NCBI RefSeq assembly: GCF_006345805.1
Contig: NC_043010.1
Span: 24,614,001 to 24,678,000 of the forward strand
DNA from: Octopus sinensis
Lineage: Eukaryota
DNA length: 64,000 nt
Reading direction: 5' to 3'
The position numbers and the translations under genes are program-made. Under the pieces are notes generated by a model, which was not told the DNA's origin, made no database searches, and worked only from the letters and a program-made list of their open reading frames with translations. Of the stretch, positions 48,540-61,986 are shown one piece after another (within the stretch, counting starts at the first letter, position 1; each line of letters begins with the position of its first letter).

Positions 48540-49796
48540 ATGACGTCAGAAAATGAATGCGATCTCTTATTCAATAATGCCACTGGTAATATTGCCAACA
48601 TTCTTGAACTGAACAGGTTAAAAGTTCGGGATTATATCCCTGTCTTGCTTTATATTTCAATTGGAATTGTAATAGGCACGACCGGCAATGCTGCTGTTAT
48701 GTATGTCTACAGTCGCAAGATGGAACGAACCGGGACAAACAGATTTGTGGTCATGCTAGGAGCGTGTGACTTCTTAAGTTGTGTATTTTCAATGCCTATG
48801 GAGCTACTCAGAGTTTCTCAACCGCATATTTTTAGTGGGCAAGGAGCCTGTAAACTCTCTTTGTTGATTGCTTCAGCGATCGCGATAGATTCTGGACTTA
48901 TAATATTCGCTATTTCTATAGACCGTTACAGACGAATGTGCCGGCCGTTTGACAAACAGCTCACCCAGAGAATGGCTGAAATTGTGTCCGTGGTACTTGT
49001 AGTTATTTCATTTATGCTAGGATGGCCTTCATGGTTAATTTATGGTACCAGAAGAACACCGACGCAAAACAGCAAAGTCAGCGGTGGGTGTGAATGTGGT
49101 ATTGCTCAATCCATGTTTGATACGATATATCCACGATTATTTTACTACGCTCTCCTTATTCTTTCGGTGGCTTTATTTTCTATAATTTTCTTGCTATATT
49201 TTCTCATTGCTATCAAGGTATGGAGACACAAAAATAAACGATTGGCAGCCACTAAAAATGTCTCAAATGCTATAGTATCTACTACTTCACCTGTTAAACC
49301 TTCAAGTAATTCATTGCCTGGCAAGAAAATATTACCTTATCTTCCGACACAGGAGAGCGAAATTTCAGTCGATTCGCGCAATGCGTTACCAAGTCAAAGA
49401 ATACCAAAGCATGTACGGATAATTCCACATGGAAATAGATCTCCTTCAAAAGGAACACTTCTTCGTGTAACAAGAACTTCTTCCATTATGGCTTTAATAG
49501 CTGTAACTTGGGTTCTTAGCTATATGCCTCATATTATTTTGGTCATGCTGGAAATTCACGTAAAAGGATTTCGCGAAACATTGACTCCATTACAGGACAT
49601 ATTTTTCCAGTTAGCCATACGTTCTTATCTCCTCAACAACGCAGTTAACCCTATTATATATGGTGTATTCAATATGCGATTCCGGAGAGAAGTAAGACGA
49701 ATAATTAGCTATATCCTACCACCTTGTGTTCGTCCAACCATTACTCCCACACAACCTTCTAGCCAGATGTGCAGTCAGCCGTCCATGGATGATTAG
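48540..49796 (+). CDS. Class A (rhodopsin-like) GPCR, 418 aa, single coding exon; orphan peptide-receptor-like
   Basis: Seven hydrophobic segments; TM1 GN, TM2 LGACD, Cys at top of TM3 and in ECL2, DRY, TM4 W, TM6 SYMP, TM7 NPIIY, helix 8 FNMRFRREV; N-glycosylation sequon NAT; in-frame upstream TAG at 48510; no disruptions. Confidence 0.95.
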   Translation: MTSENECDLLFNNATGNIANILELNRLKVRDYIPVLLYISIGIVIGTTGNAAVMYVYSRKMERTGTNRFVVMLGACDFLSCVFSMPMELLRVSQPHIFSGQGACKLSLLIASAIAIDSGLIIFAISIDRYRRMCRPFDKQLTQRMAEIVSVVLVVISFMLGWPSWLIYGTRRTPTQNSKVSGGCECGIAQSMFDTIYPRLFYYALLILSVALFSIIFLLYFLIAIKVWRHKNKRLAATKNVSNAIVSTTSPVKPSSNSLPGKKILPYLPTQESEISVDSRNALPSQRIPKHVRIIPHGNRSPSKGTLLRVTRTSSIMALIAVTWVLSYMPHIILVMLEIHVKGFRETLTPLQDIFFQLAIRSYLLNNAVNPIIYGVFNMRFRREVRRIISYILPPCVRPTITPTQPSSQMCSQPSMDD

Positions 49797-49950
49797 AACT
49801 CTTTTCCATCATGCGGTTTTCATTTACCATGCAAACAAAAAAAAAATGTTTGGCTCTTCTAATTTATTTCACATGTTCTCATCGCGTTGTTCGTTGGTAA
49901 AACATTTAATTACTTTTATACGGAGGTTCAATTCGAACTGTGCTACAAGG

Positions 49951-49956
49951 AATAAA
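49951..49956 (+). promoter_or_regulatory. Candidate polyadenylation signal
   Basis: AATAAA 155 bp after the GPCR stop; weak evidence in AT-rich DNA. Confidence 0.35.
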
Positions 49957-50387
49957 TCAATAGAATAACAGAGAAAAGCCTGGTTACATATGGATTGTTG
50001 AAACGAATGTTAAAAATAATATGTCACTTTAATGAAAGTAAAGTATTTTACATATAAATTTTTCAGTGACATCTTTAACCTGTATATATATATATATTAA
50101 AAAAAAAAGAGTTAAAAACGTATCAAGTGGAATGTTCTATTGAAAACATGAACTATGCAAATTGAAGTATTGAAGTTTATATCTTTAAACCTGTTTTGAT
50201 ATCTTAAATCTTTTCGGGCGAATGCTCAGGTCAAAACTAATAGAGCGCTTAAGCATTTGTAAAGAAAATAGATTGTTGCATAACGTCAAGGATTGTAAAT
50301 ATGGCTAATGTATGTGTGTGTGAGGTGTGTATACATGTGTATGCCTTCGTATATATGTATATTTATATATGAGCATGCGTGTGTGTG

Positions 50388-50424
<37 letters not shown>

Positions 50425-50571
50425 CATCAAGCTAATACACTCCGTGTGCATGTACTCTTATCCGTTCATTTTATTCGTTTATTTGAATTGACTGTGTGTG
50501 GGTGTGCATACGTTATTTGTATCGAAGGAATGAGACATGACTGTTCAATACATGTTGTAAAAGGTATAACT

Positions 50572-50646
<75 letters not shown>

Positions 50647-50752
50647 AAGACGGGTTTTGCTCGAAACGTTATGACTCACGACTTCTCACATCATACAAAC
50701 CAAACTTATTAAAATTTGTTGATTTTAATCGATATCATTGTATTGCAGAAGT

Positions 50753-50796
<44 letters not shown>

Positions 50797-50942
50797 AGTA
50801 AATATGTGAAATATTATTACTGTTAAAAACAGTAATAATGAGGTGGCTAGCAAGACTTCTACCTAAACAGGTATAATAAGAAATATTTTAATAAAAGAAA
50901 GGTAAAGATACCGCTTACTAAAAATAAAAGCGAAAGCTTCAG

Positions 50943-51349
50943 AAAACCACCAATTCTACGATAAATGCACACACGAGCAATATAATGAATATTTTTTAAA
51001 ATAGGCCTACCTTCAGGATGGAATTTGAAAGTAGTTTACTACATACCCCACTATCAATTGATTTCATGCTGTGCATGAGAAAACATGCTTTGCATCGTCA
51101 GTTGGAGACAGTACATAACATCTATTTCTAAAATATTCATTACGTCAACTCGTGTGCGTTTCTAACTTTAAACGTCCCGCTCCGTTTAAAGAGAAAATTA
51201 TCGTAAACAATAAAAAAGTAAATATGAAATCAATTGACATCGGGGTATGTAGTAACCTACTTTTAAACTCCATCCTGAAGGTAGGCCTATTTTTAAAAAT
51301 ATTCATTACATTGCTCGTGTGTGTATTTATCGTAGAATTGGTGGGTTTT
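50943..51349. mobile_element. Foldback element (arms 50943-51067 / 51224-51349) with a hammerhead motif at 51046-51107 (-)
   Basis: cuccaa-CUGACGA-ugc..(gcaug/caugc hairpin)..gca(u)-GAAAU-caauug-AUA-gugggg; stem I base decayed. Confidence 0.7.
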
Positions 51350-51558
51350 TTTATATACGGAGATGTATTTGCATAGCGAGTGACTTGATCTGAGATCGTG
51401 TGCTTGAACGAAAACTGCAGAGTAGAAGGTGTTTATAAGCCATTTAAGAAACACAAAAACCGTTAGATTCACTTCAACATTTAAATTTAATTTGTCAGAA
51501 TATTTTCGTCGCTTTGAGACCGCGACCTGTTCACTGACAAAACTTCGTGCTGCATCTC

Positions 51559-51653
<95 letters not shown>

Positions 51654-51663
51654 TGTGTGTATA

Positions 51664-51870
51664 AAGTTAATCCAAACAAGAAAACACAAAAAAACACAAC
51701 AACGCGAGGACGTGGAACAAATATAGTATTATTGGACGCTCAGGAAAGAAGGGAAGAAGGAGGGTTTAACGTTTCGAGCGGAGCTCTTCGGAAACATAGG
51801 AGAAGGAAAGATCCCGAGAAGGGAAGACAGAGGGAAAAAAAATCGTCAACGGTACACACGAGGTCATATT
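51664..51870 (-). repeat. Second copy of the 15790-15985 repeat family
   Basis: Minus strand guuu-ccgaa-gagc-ucc-gcuc-gaaacguu-aaac at 51764-51795; shared flanks. Confidence 0.6.
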
Positions 51871-51881
51871 TTTATATATAT

Positions 51882-51973
<92 letters not shown>

Positions 51974-52948
51974 TTAATAGATTTGTGCTTGAAGATCTCA
52001 AATAGCTAATCGATACATCGAATATTCAAAAAACGTTTTCCACTTCGGGCATAAACTTTCTATCATTCAGAAAAAGCGCGACATAAAACTTCTTGGAATT
52101 AAATAACGTTAGACGAGTCGGAAAGACGAAAGTTAGACGCCCTCAAAGTAATATGACGCTGGGCAGTTTAAGCTGATCTGGCTGATATGAGGCTAACTTT
52201 AGACCGGTCTCAACAAATAACGAAGATTAGCAAAAATAAATACAAGTGGAGAGCATGAAATATGACGAAGAATATTAAATATTATTAAAAGATAAAAGAC
52301 AAGTCCAAGTTCCCCTTCAAGATGAGGTACAGGCTCGAGGATCTGTCAATATTGCTAAGGCATTCTCGCACAACATTTGTGAATATTAATACTTTATTTT
52401 CATCGATTTTTTTAACATTCAACGTCTTTGTTAATCTTCGACACGTTTATTGCATGCTTTGAAGTCGATTTTGATGCCGTTTATAGCAGCTCCATTATTG
52501 ATGTACAGACACCTGCATAATTCTTGTTTAAAGACTGGAATCTATTCGTGTATTTCTCATGCTATGAACAATAAAAAATTTTAAAAAAACAGTAATAAAA
52601 CTTTCTAAAATGGTTTGTTTGGTATAAAATTGTAATTTATGCACATGGCCAGTAAATTTGAAAAGCTAGACATAAGTCGATACCATTGATACTAGTAAAT
52701 AATTGCTACTTTATTTCATTTACCCCGAAAAGTTTAAAATCAAAATTGATCTCCGCAGGATTTGAACTCAGAGAGTAAACAATGGAACATACAAACAAAC
52801 TACTTTTCCGACTTCGGAACGATTGTGCCACCTTGCTTACATTGCGCAAAATTATAAGGAAATTTCTTTCTAATGTAGCCTAAGGCCAGCAATTCTGGGG
52901 CGAAGGCTTAGTCACTTGTATCATCCCTTGTATCTGACTGGTACATTA

Positions 52949-53822
52949 CGCATTCTGATCAATAAGTATCCGAACTGTTGCTATAGTAATGAGGCTAAAG
53001 CAGGCAGAGAAAAGCCGCTTGGCACAGATTGAACTTGAACTATGTTGTACATACGCACTAAGTTTTAACGTTCTAGCTCATTTCCGCTGCTTACAGCAGT
53101 GCTTGGCAGGAAGGTGTGTGGCGTGTGATCATCGCATTGTACATGATAGAGAGAATTGAGCAGAGAATCTGCATCAAATTTTGTCAAAAGCTTGGCGATA
53201 CCCACTCAAAGACCTACACACACAAAATTTTCGAAGAGTTTTCATCGTTCTGGACACAATCAAGGAGAACTTGTGCAACTGAAACCCGAGTGTCCTTTTG
53301 GTCAGCTGAAGACAGTCTTGGCGCAAACTTAGCAGACACATGTCTCTTCAATGATAATGGACTGAACTGAACCGTAACTAATCTTCACATCCTCTGATAA
53401 CTCACGGATGGTGATTCGACGATTTCCCCTCACAGCTGCACGGACATCTGCAATGTACTGGTTGTGGGTCTCCCAGAATGTTCGTCAATATTGACATTCT
53501 TTCAACTATTTTGGAAATGTCTGAACCATCGTACACTTGTGTGCGGATCATACACTTCTCTCTTTACATTTTCTGTATTTTTGCGCGGACCTCTGAGCAG
53601 GTATCGCCATGACAACTTTCTTTGTCATGGTCAATGTGACGAGCACGCGCTACACACCTTCCTTCAAAGCACTGCTGTAAACAGCGGAAGTGAGCTAGAA
53701 CGTTAAAACTGAGTGCGCATGCACAGCAACGTTCAAGGTCAATCTTTGCCGAGCGGCTTTACACCGCGTGCTTTAGCTTCGTTACTATGACAACAGTCCG
53801 GATACATATTGATCAGACTTCG
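52949..53822. mobile_element. Mariner-derived foldback made of two facing 5' ends, inserted into a SINE family 1 copy
   Basis: TA TSD; ~200-bp inverted ends cg...ctgatcaata.gtatccg.actgttg; + strand IEQRICIKFCQKLG; - strand RRITIRELSE..SAKFAPRL..DQK. Confidence 0.85.
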
Positions 53823-53929
53823 TATTTTATCGGCCCCTAAAGAATGAAAGCCAACCGGAAGAAATACTGTTTTGTCTTTTGTCCGAAGCTCTAAAGATTC
53901 TGCCAGTTTGTATTCCTGACACAAAGGAA

Positions 53930-54500
53930 TAATAATTCCTTCTACCATAGACATAAGGCCTGAAATTTGTGGGGATAGGTCTTGTCGATTACATCCACCC
54001 CTAATACTCAGCTGCTACTTATTTTACCGACCCCGAAAGGATGAAAGGCAAAGTTGACCTCGGTGGAATACGAACTCAAAAATTAAAGGGTCGGAAGAAA
54101 TGCCTATTTCTTTACTACTCACAAGGGGCTAAACACAGAGAGGACAAACAAGGACAGACATAGGTATTAAGTCGATTATATCGACCCCAGTGCGTAACTG
54201 GTACTTATTTAATCGACCCCGAAAGGATGAAAGGCAAAGTCGCCCCCGGCGGAATTTGAACTCAGAACGCAGCAGCGGACGAAATACCACAAAGCATTTC
54301 AACCGGCATGCTAACGATTCTGCCTGCTCGCCGCCTAAATAATAATAATGAAAATAATCCTCTCTACTATAGGCGCAAGGCTTGAAGTCTTGGCGGGCAG
54401 GGGGAGTCGATTACATCGACCCCAAAATTTCACTGGTACTTAATTTATCAATTCCGAAGGATGAAAGGCAAAGTCAACTCGGCGCAATTTGAACTCAGAA
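53930..54500 (-). mobile_element. Cluster of SINE family 1 copies including junction B
   Basis: Core repeated at ~54030, ~54220 and ~54460; head at 54320-54337. Confidence 0.8.
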
Positions 54501-56149
54501 CGTATATTACAATGATGATAATAATTTTCTTTTTCAGCAAGGATGACGGATGATAGACACAACACAGACAAATCACAGTCATAACGATTCGTATTTCGTG
54601 AGTCTTCAATAAGCTGAGAATAATAAGAGCATTGGTGGTATCTCACCCTAGAGGTTGCTGCGATAAAATGCATACAGCACTGGGTTTCAGTCATATACGA
54701 TCTGAGATCAAAACCAACAGCAGTCAACTTTCAATTTAAATTCAAATGATATTTTGATAAACTAAATATCAATGATATATGGCATACCGGGGAAGGGTTC
54801 GCGATCGGCGAGCTGGCAAAATGGTTGGCACGCTGGACAAGAATTACCACACAGCCACTCCTGCTATGCTTTTTCTAAAAATCTTTTCTGTTGGTGTTGA
54901 CAAGCCACATATACTTTACCATAGTATTAGTAATTTAGCCATTTTATTCCTTTTCTATGGCGTTTCTGCCTTTGATTATTTATTTTATTTTTATTTATTT
55001 ATAAAATTATTGTAAGTTTTGTATCTCTATAAATTCATACTTAGCTTATATAAAACTATATTGATATATTCACATAAAAAAACTACTTAGATTAAAATTT
55101 TATTAATACATTAATCTATATATATAAAACTGAGAATGTGTGTCTGTCTGTGTGTTTCCCTAAAACTTGAGAACTACACAACCAATTTCATTCAAATTTT
55201 ACACATGCCTTACTTAAGGTCCGGGGAGTATCATTGGCAAAACAAATTTTGACTTTTTGCCTAGGGCGACCCCACAGCAATACCATATCTTCTCCACTAT
55301 TTCAGTATTACGTGTTAAAAGTGAAACAAAAACATCTCTCTTTTGTAATGCAGACACTTTCAATTTAATACTGAAACTATTAAAGTGAAAGTATTATATA
55401 ACAGGGATGAACCATTAACAGTGGTCATCCATTTTGCTAGAAGAAGATCCGCTATGGTCTTATATGCTACACCACTGGTTTTCAATTCATATTAATCAAA
55501 TTAATATTCAATTTTTCACCCTTATTATGTGTGTGTGTGTGTGTGTATTAGCAATTCGTATAAAATTGCATCAATGACTTGAACTTGAATAAGTGGTTTC
55601 ACATAAATGGGGATAAATTAAAAAAGGTTTGTTATTATTATTACTGTTTGACTATTGTAATCACATTTGTTGGTTCCTCGTCAGGGAAACGTTGTTGTGT
55701 TGCATTTGTTAAATAATTGTAAACCGTAACCCTCCCCCTTTCGGAGGGCTTTGGTTATTGTTTAAAAATTGAATTGTGTCCCTGTTTGGGGAAATTGACA
55801 ACATTTTCACTGTCTTTACGGAAGCACTTTTGTTAAAATGCCTTCGATAGAAGAAAGTCCAACAATGAATTTCGCTGCAGCCGTACACTTCTATACAAGA
55901 AGGAGGACAAGATCCAATTGATCGAAATTGCAAGAGACGGGCCTACAATTCTAGTCTGTTATATATTTTGAGTATTGTTATCACTAGCGATATCAAGATA
56001 TAACTTTGTATTTTGTATTTTATGTGTAGATGTATATATATATATATAGATGTACATGTAATATGTACACATATATATACACATACTTACATGCATAATA
56101 TATCTACCCATACACACATACGCACATACACACACACATACACATACAT

Positions 56150-56270
56150 AGTGGCAGGTGTGGCTGTGTGGTAACAAACTACGTTCCAAACACATGGTCC
56201 TGGGTTCAGTCCCACTGTGTGGTGACTTGGCATGTGTCTTCTGCTGTAGCCTCAGACCAACAAAAGCCGG
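56150..56270 (+). mobile_element. SINE family 2 head inside the Helitron
   Basis: ggcaggtgtggctgtgtggtaac..gggttcagtcccactg..gtcttctgctgtagcctcag. Confidence 0.75.
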
Positions 56271-57019
56271 AATCATTCGCTCAAACCTTGCTGTATCCAC
56301 AGATTCCATCGTACTACACTTGGAATAGAAAAAATGGGCCCCACGGAAAGCAGGTCAAAATGTTCATGGATACTCTGGCATTAAGTTTCACACTTGCCTT
56401 GGGCGAGTATACACAGTGCATCCCACTCAACAAGAGTGCTTCTACCTTCGTCTACTACTGTATGAGGTCAGAGGGCCAACGTCTTTCCAGGCCCTAAAAA
56501 CCGTTCATGGACATGTTTGCACAACATACAGAGAAGCCTGCTATCGGCAAGGTCTGTTAGAAGATGGTGCACAATGGGATGCAACTTTAGGAGAGACTGC
56601 TTTATCACAATTACCTAAAAGTCTCAGGGCACTATTTTCAGTATTACTACAGGCATGCGAACTGTGTGATCCGGCCACTCTATAGCTCAAATATAGAGTC
56701 AACCTGGCTGAAGACTTTCAGCGTCAAGCTCAACTGCTCTGTCCTGACATGGAGGGTATCAGCAATGAAATCTATAACAAAACACTCATTGAAATTGAAG
56801 ACAGAATTGCTAAACAGGGTGGAAATGAATTGTCGACGTATGGCCTGCCACAAGCATTCAGTTCAGGGTCAAATAGCCTTCCCACTGCTGTCATTCGTGA
56901 AAAAACCTACGACACTCAAGCGCTTTCAAAGTATATTGTTGAAAATAAGCCTAAATTAACTTCCGGACCAGCTGCAGGCCTACAGAACTATTCTTAACAG
57001 TGTACGCCAACGCGGTGGA

Positions 57020-58321
57020 CGAATCTTCTTCCTCGATGCTCCCGGAGGAGCAGGAAAAACATTTATTACAAAGCTTCTCCTTGCAGAAGTTAGGCAGCAT
57101 CAGGACATTGCAGTAACTGTAGCCTCCTCTGGCATTGCAGCTATTTTGTTACCCGGTGGCAGGACAGCACACTCACTTTTTAAACTCCCTCTCAATTTAG
57201 CAGCATTCGAAATGCCTTCATGCAACATCAACAAAAGCTCAGATCAGGGACAAGTACTTAAAATGTGTCATCTAATTGTCTGGGATGAGTACACTATGGC
57301 TCAGAAGGGAGCTTTGGAAGCATTAGATAGAGGCCTGAAAGACATCCGAGATTGTCAGGCTCCAATGGGAGGTATAACGCTTCTGTTGTCAGGTGATTTC
57401 AGGCAAACTCTTCCTGTCATTCCGAAAAGCACTAGAGCAGATGAAGTCCAAGCATGCCTAAAGTCCTCTACCCTGTGGCATCATGTTACAATCCTCAGTC
57501 TCACCACTAACATGAGAGCTCAGCTACACGGCGACAAAATGTCTACAAAGTTTGCACAGGACATTTTGACACTTGGTGAAGGCAAGATGCCTCTCGATGC
57601 TGCAGGACAAATGGAAGTGTGGTCATTTTCCTCTGTTGTTAATTATGTAGATAACCTCAAAAACAAAGTCTTTCCCAACTTCACACAAAACTACCAAAAT
57701 CACAATTGGCTATGTGACAGAGCAATATCAGCTCCAAAAAACGTCGCTGTTAACAAAATTAATCAACACCTAATGCATTCTCTTCCCGGCACTATACACA
57801 CTTGCAAGTCTGTTGATACAATTCCAGATATAAATGAAGTTGTGAACTATCCTCCTGAATTTCTCAATTCACTGGAGCCTCTTGGACTACCTCCACACAT
57901 ATTAGCACTTAAATTTGGAACTCCTTTAATGCTACTCCGCAATCTGGAACCACCAAGACTTTGCAATGGAACACGACTGGTGATAAAGAAAATGATGTCA
58001 CACGTTATCGAGGCGATCATTCTTTCTGGATGTGGAAAAGATGATGACGTCTTTATTCCAAGAATTCCTCTTACTCCATCAGGAGCAGAAATTCCATTTA
58101 CATTCAGAAGACTGCAATTCCCCCTTCGTGTCAGCTTTGTCATGTCCATTAACAAATCTCAGGGTCAAACCCTCTCTGTAGCTGGTCTTCTCTTGGAAGA
58201 GCCCTGCTTCTCGCATAGGCAACTGTATGTTGGCTGCTCAAGAGTAGGAACCAAAAGAAACCTTCTTGTATATGCTCCACAAGGAAAAACAAGGAACATT
58301 GTTTACAACGAGGTGTTATAA
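57020..58321 (+). pseudogene. PIF1-family helicase domain of Helitron RepHel (open from motif I to stop)
   Basis: FFLDAPGGAGKT, ASSGIAA..LPGGRTAHS, IVWDE, GDFRQTLP, LRNL..LCNGTR, QFPLRVSFVMSINKSQGQT, FSHRQLYVGCSRV. Confidence 0.9.
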
Positions 58322-58402
58322 TCTCAACAGCCAGGAGGTATATACATGATCCCCTTTTTTTTAACAAAATTCATGTACTTTCATGTATTTATATTAATAT
58401 AC

Positions 58403-58439
<37 letters not shown>

Positions 58440-58481
58440 GTGTGTGTGTGTGTGTGGTGTGTCCATATATATATATATATT

Positions 58482-59217
<736 letters not shown>

Positions 59218-59399
59218 TGATAGTTAGACAATATACATATGCATACACACAAACACACATATATATATGTACATTTGCATACATCCACACACATACACAC
59301 ACACATATATGTACATATGCATACACACACACACACACATATATATATATGTATATTTTTAAACACATTTCAGTCACTAGGCTGCGGCCATTCTGAGGC

Positions 59400-59584
59400 A
59401 CTGCCTTGAAGAAATTTAATCGAATGTATCGAACCTCGGTACTTTTTTAAAGACGTACTTTTTCTATCGATGCCTTTTGCCGAACCGTTAAGGTACGTGG
59501 AAGTAAACACGCTAACACGGGTTGTCAAGCGGTGGGTGGGGCACAACACAGATACAAATACACACACACACATATACACACACA

Positions 59585-59670
<86 letters not shown>

Positions 59671-59760
59671 GACAGGCTTCTTTTAGTGTTTCCGTCAACC
59701 TAATCCACTCACAAGGTGTCACACTGTGAAACTGAACCCGGAACCATGTGGTTGGTTAGC
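59400..59760 (-). mobile_element. SINE family 2 with an internal microsatellite
   Basis: 3' part (gccgaaccgttaagg, ggttgtcaagcg) and 5' part (acgacaggcttctt..ccactcacaagg..ggaaccatgtggttgg) either side of (CA)n(TA)n. Confidence 0.8.
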
Positions 59761-60329
59761 AAGCTTTTTAACACGTATAAGTGTCTTCTGTTATAGCCTC
59801 AGGCCGATCAAACCCTTGTGAATGGATTAGATAGATGGAAACTGTAAGCACTGTATTTTATTGACCACAGAAGCAAAATTGACTTTAGCGGGTTTTGAAC
59901 TCGGATCGGAAGGTATGAAGCCACACTGTCAGCTCACTGCCTTAATAAGAATGCTTTCAAATTTTGGGACCAGCCGACTATTTTAAGGGTAGGAAGTTAG
60001 TAGACCCGATAATATGGTTGGTACTCTACTTTGAATGCGGAAGGTTGAAAGGCAAAGTTATCTTCTGAGGATTTGGGGTAGGAGACTAATCGATTACATC
60101 GACCTCATTGAATGACTGGTACTTATTTTAACGACCTCGAAAAGATGAAAGGCAAAGTCGATCTTGGCAAAATTTTAATGCAGCTGCTCAATGTTCTATG
60201 AAGACTGAAAATACCGTAAGTTATAAGATGGACAGCTGCAACGGAGACTACAAAAACCATAGCCAGCCGGGAGGGGAACCGCGGGCGTTCTGACTGTACC
60301 CACACATCAGAATTCATCTCAACATATTG

Positions 60330-60684
60330 TAACAAGGCCTTAGGCTCAATTCAGCTGGCTATGTGAACCTGCTGGAGACTGTGGTCAATCCTTGGTTGGA
60401 GAGGGTCGCTGCTGGAAAGTCATATGTGTGGCAGCAGGATTCAGTTTCTTGTCATACCTCCAGAAAGAGTCAGAAGTAGTTGTTACAGAATGTTTATGAT
60501 GTGTCCAGCCCCAATGTCTGGCCTCCTGGTTCCCTCCATTGCAGTAATCCCATGGCTTATGTAGTCTGAGGCACAGTTGAGAAAGACATCAACACTAAGG
60601 TCGAGCTGGTGACCAAGATGAAGGAGGTGTTGGATGAACTTCCCAGGCATACAGTGACGAACGCATGCGTCAGATTCCAGAGCC
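60330..60684 (+). mobile_element. Degenerate Tc1/mariner-superfamily (maT/DD37D-like) transposase fragment
   Basis: LNSAGYVNLLETVVNPW..WQQDSVSCHTS..WPPGS..NPM.YVV.G.VE..EL..VTNAC.RFQSR. Confidence 0.65.
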
Positions 60685-61085
60685 GTAAGGCGGCGAGCTA
60701 GTAGAAACTTTAGCATCCCGGGCGAAGTGCTAAGCGGTCTGCCGTTACGTTCTGAGTTCAAATTCCGCCGAGGTCGACTTTGCCGTTCATCCTTTACCAG
60801 TTACGCACTGCGGTCGATGTAATCGACTTAATCCCTATGTCTGTCCTTGTTTGCCCCCTCTATGTTTAGCCTCTTGTGGGCAATAAAGAAATAAGAAACG
60901 TTAGCACGCCGGGCGAAATGCTTAGCAGTATTTCGTCTGTCTTTAAGTTCAGAGTTCAAATTCCGCCGAGGTCGGCTTTGCATTTCATCCTTTCGGGGTC
61001 GATAAATTAAGTACCAGCTGCGTACTGGGGTCGATCAAATCGACTGGCCCCCTACCCAAAAATATGGGGCCTTGTGCCTTGAATA
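60685..61085 (+). mobile_element. SINE family 1, dimeric (junction A, ends in tail type 2)
   Basis: aaggcggcgagc head; aaagaaataagaaacgttagcac junction; ggggccttgtgcct tail. Confidence 0.85.
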
Positions 61086-61949
61086 GAAAAGACTCCGGAG
61101 CCGTCTTCAGGCCGTGGGAGAAACGGCGGGGGGTAACTACTTTGAGCAAACTTTTATCTCCCAGCCACAATATCTAGTTTATATTTCTTGATATTTTAAA
61201 ATACTTAATAGGATATTATGTTTTCTTCTCCTTTTATGCAAACTGCCAGATTTAGCCCGAACAGCCTGCGTTCAAACTGAGTGTTAACTAGATTAAGTTA
61301 AATCTTCAGGTCTTTTCTCAATTGCACTTTGTCAAATTTAAAGTAGCAGAAGGTTTCTATAGAATATTCCCTTATCGTACGTTCAATTGAGATTCAAATA
61401 TATTGAAATAGCAACCCGTCAATTCTCCATGAAGGCAGAAAAATTATCTCCAGTCTGTTGCTTTTAATATGAAATTTCAGACATGAATTTTCCAGTCAAA
61501 TGAATTACCTCAAAACCAAAAACTTAATCTGGGTAATGGGCTCGGCTCGTCGAAGTGTAAGTAGCATTTCCTTACACACACACACACATGCACAGAGTCA
61601 TGCACACATACAAACACCTCGCACACACATAAATGTGCGTCTTTGTATGGTCGCCCTCACATTCCATTCCCATGAAGGGTTTTCAACGTGGACCTTTAAC
61701 CTAATTAACACTAGAATGTAACACATAGGTAAAGGTATACGTGTGTGTGTGTGTGTGAGGACATGTATTAGTGTTTGCTTTTGTATCAAGCTATATCTAA
61801 AAACAACTTAACATTAACCTGACGGTTTCATTACTCAATGCTTTTAGCGGAGTACATTTAAAAATTTTACAAGGAAACGATTGACAGTAACTTCGAAATT
61901 TCGATTTCTTTGCCTTCATCAGTCTGTCTGATGAGGTTGACCAAGTCGA

Positions 61950-61980
<31 letters not shown>

Positions 61981-61986
61981 TATATA

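Larger units (their letters stand above)
55115..58321 (+). mobile_element. Helitron with the Rep (HUH) catalytic region deleted; 3' terminus not located
   Basis: 5' end A|TCTATATATATAAAA at 55115; LLYPQIPSYYTW..VHP..FYLRLLL..GPTSF..GLLED (56280-56685); PIF1 helicase downstream. Confidence 0.85.

Noticed and set aside
52085-52128. cgtt-agacga-gtc-ggaaa-gac-gaaa-gtta-gacg
   Set aside because: The core is one nt short and altered, and stem III is weak; it may be a decayed ribozyme but cannot be supported from a single copy.
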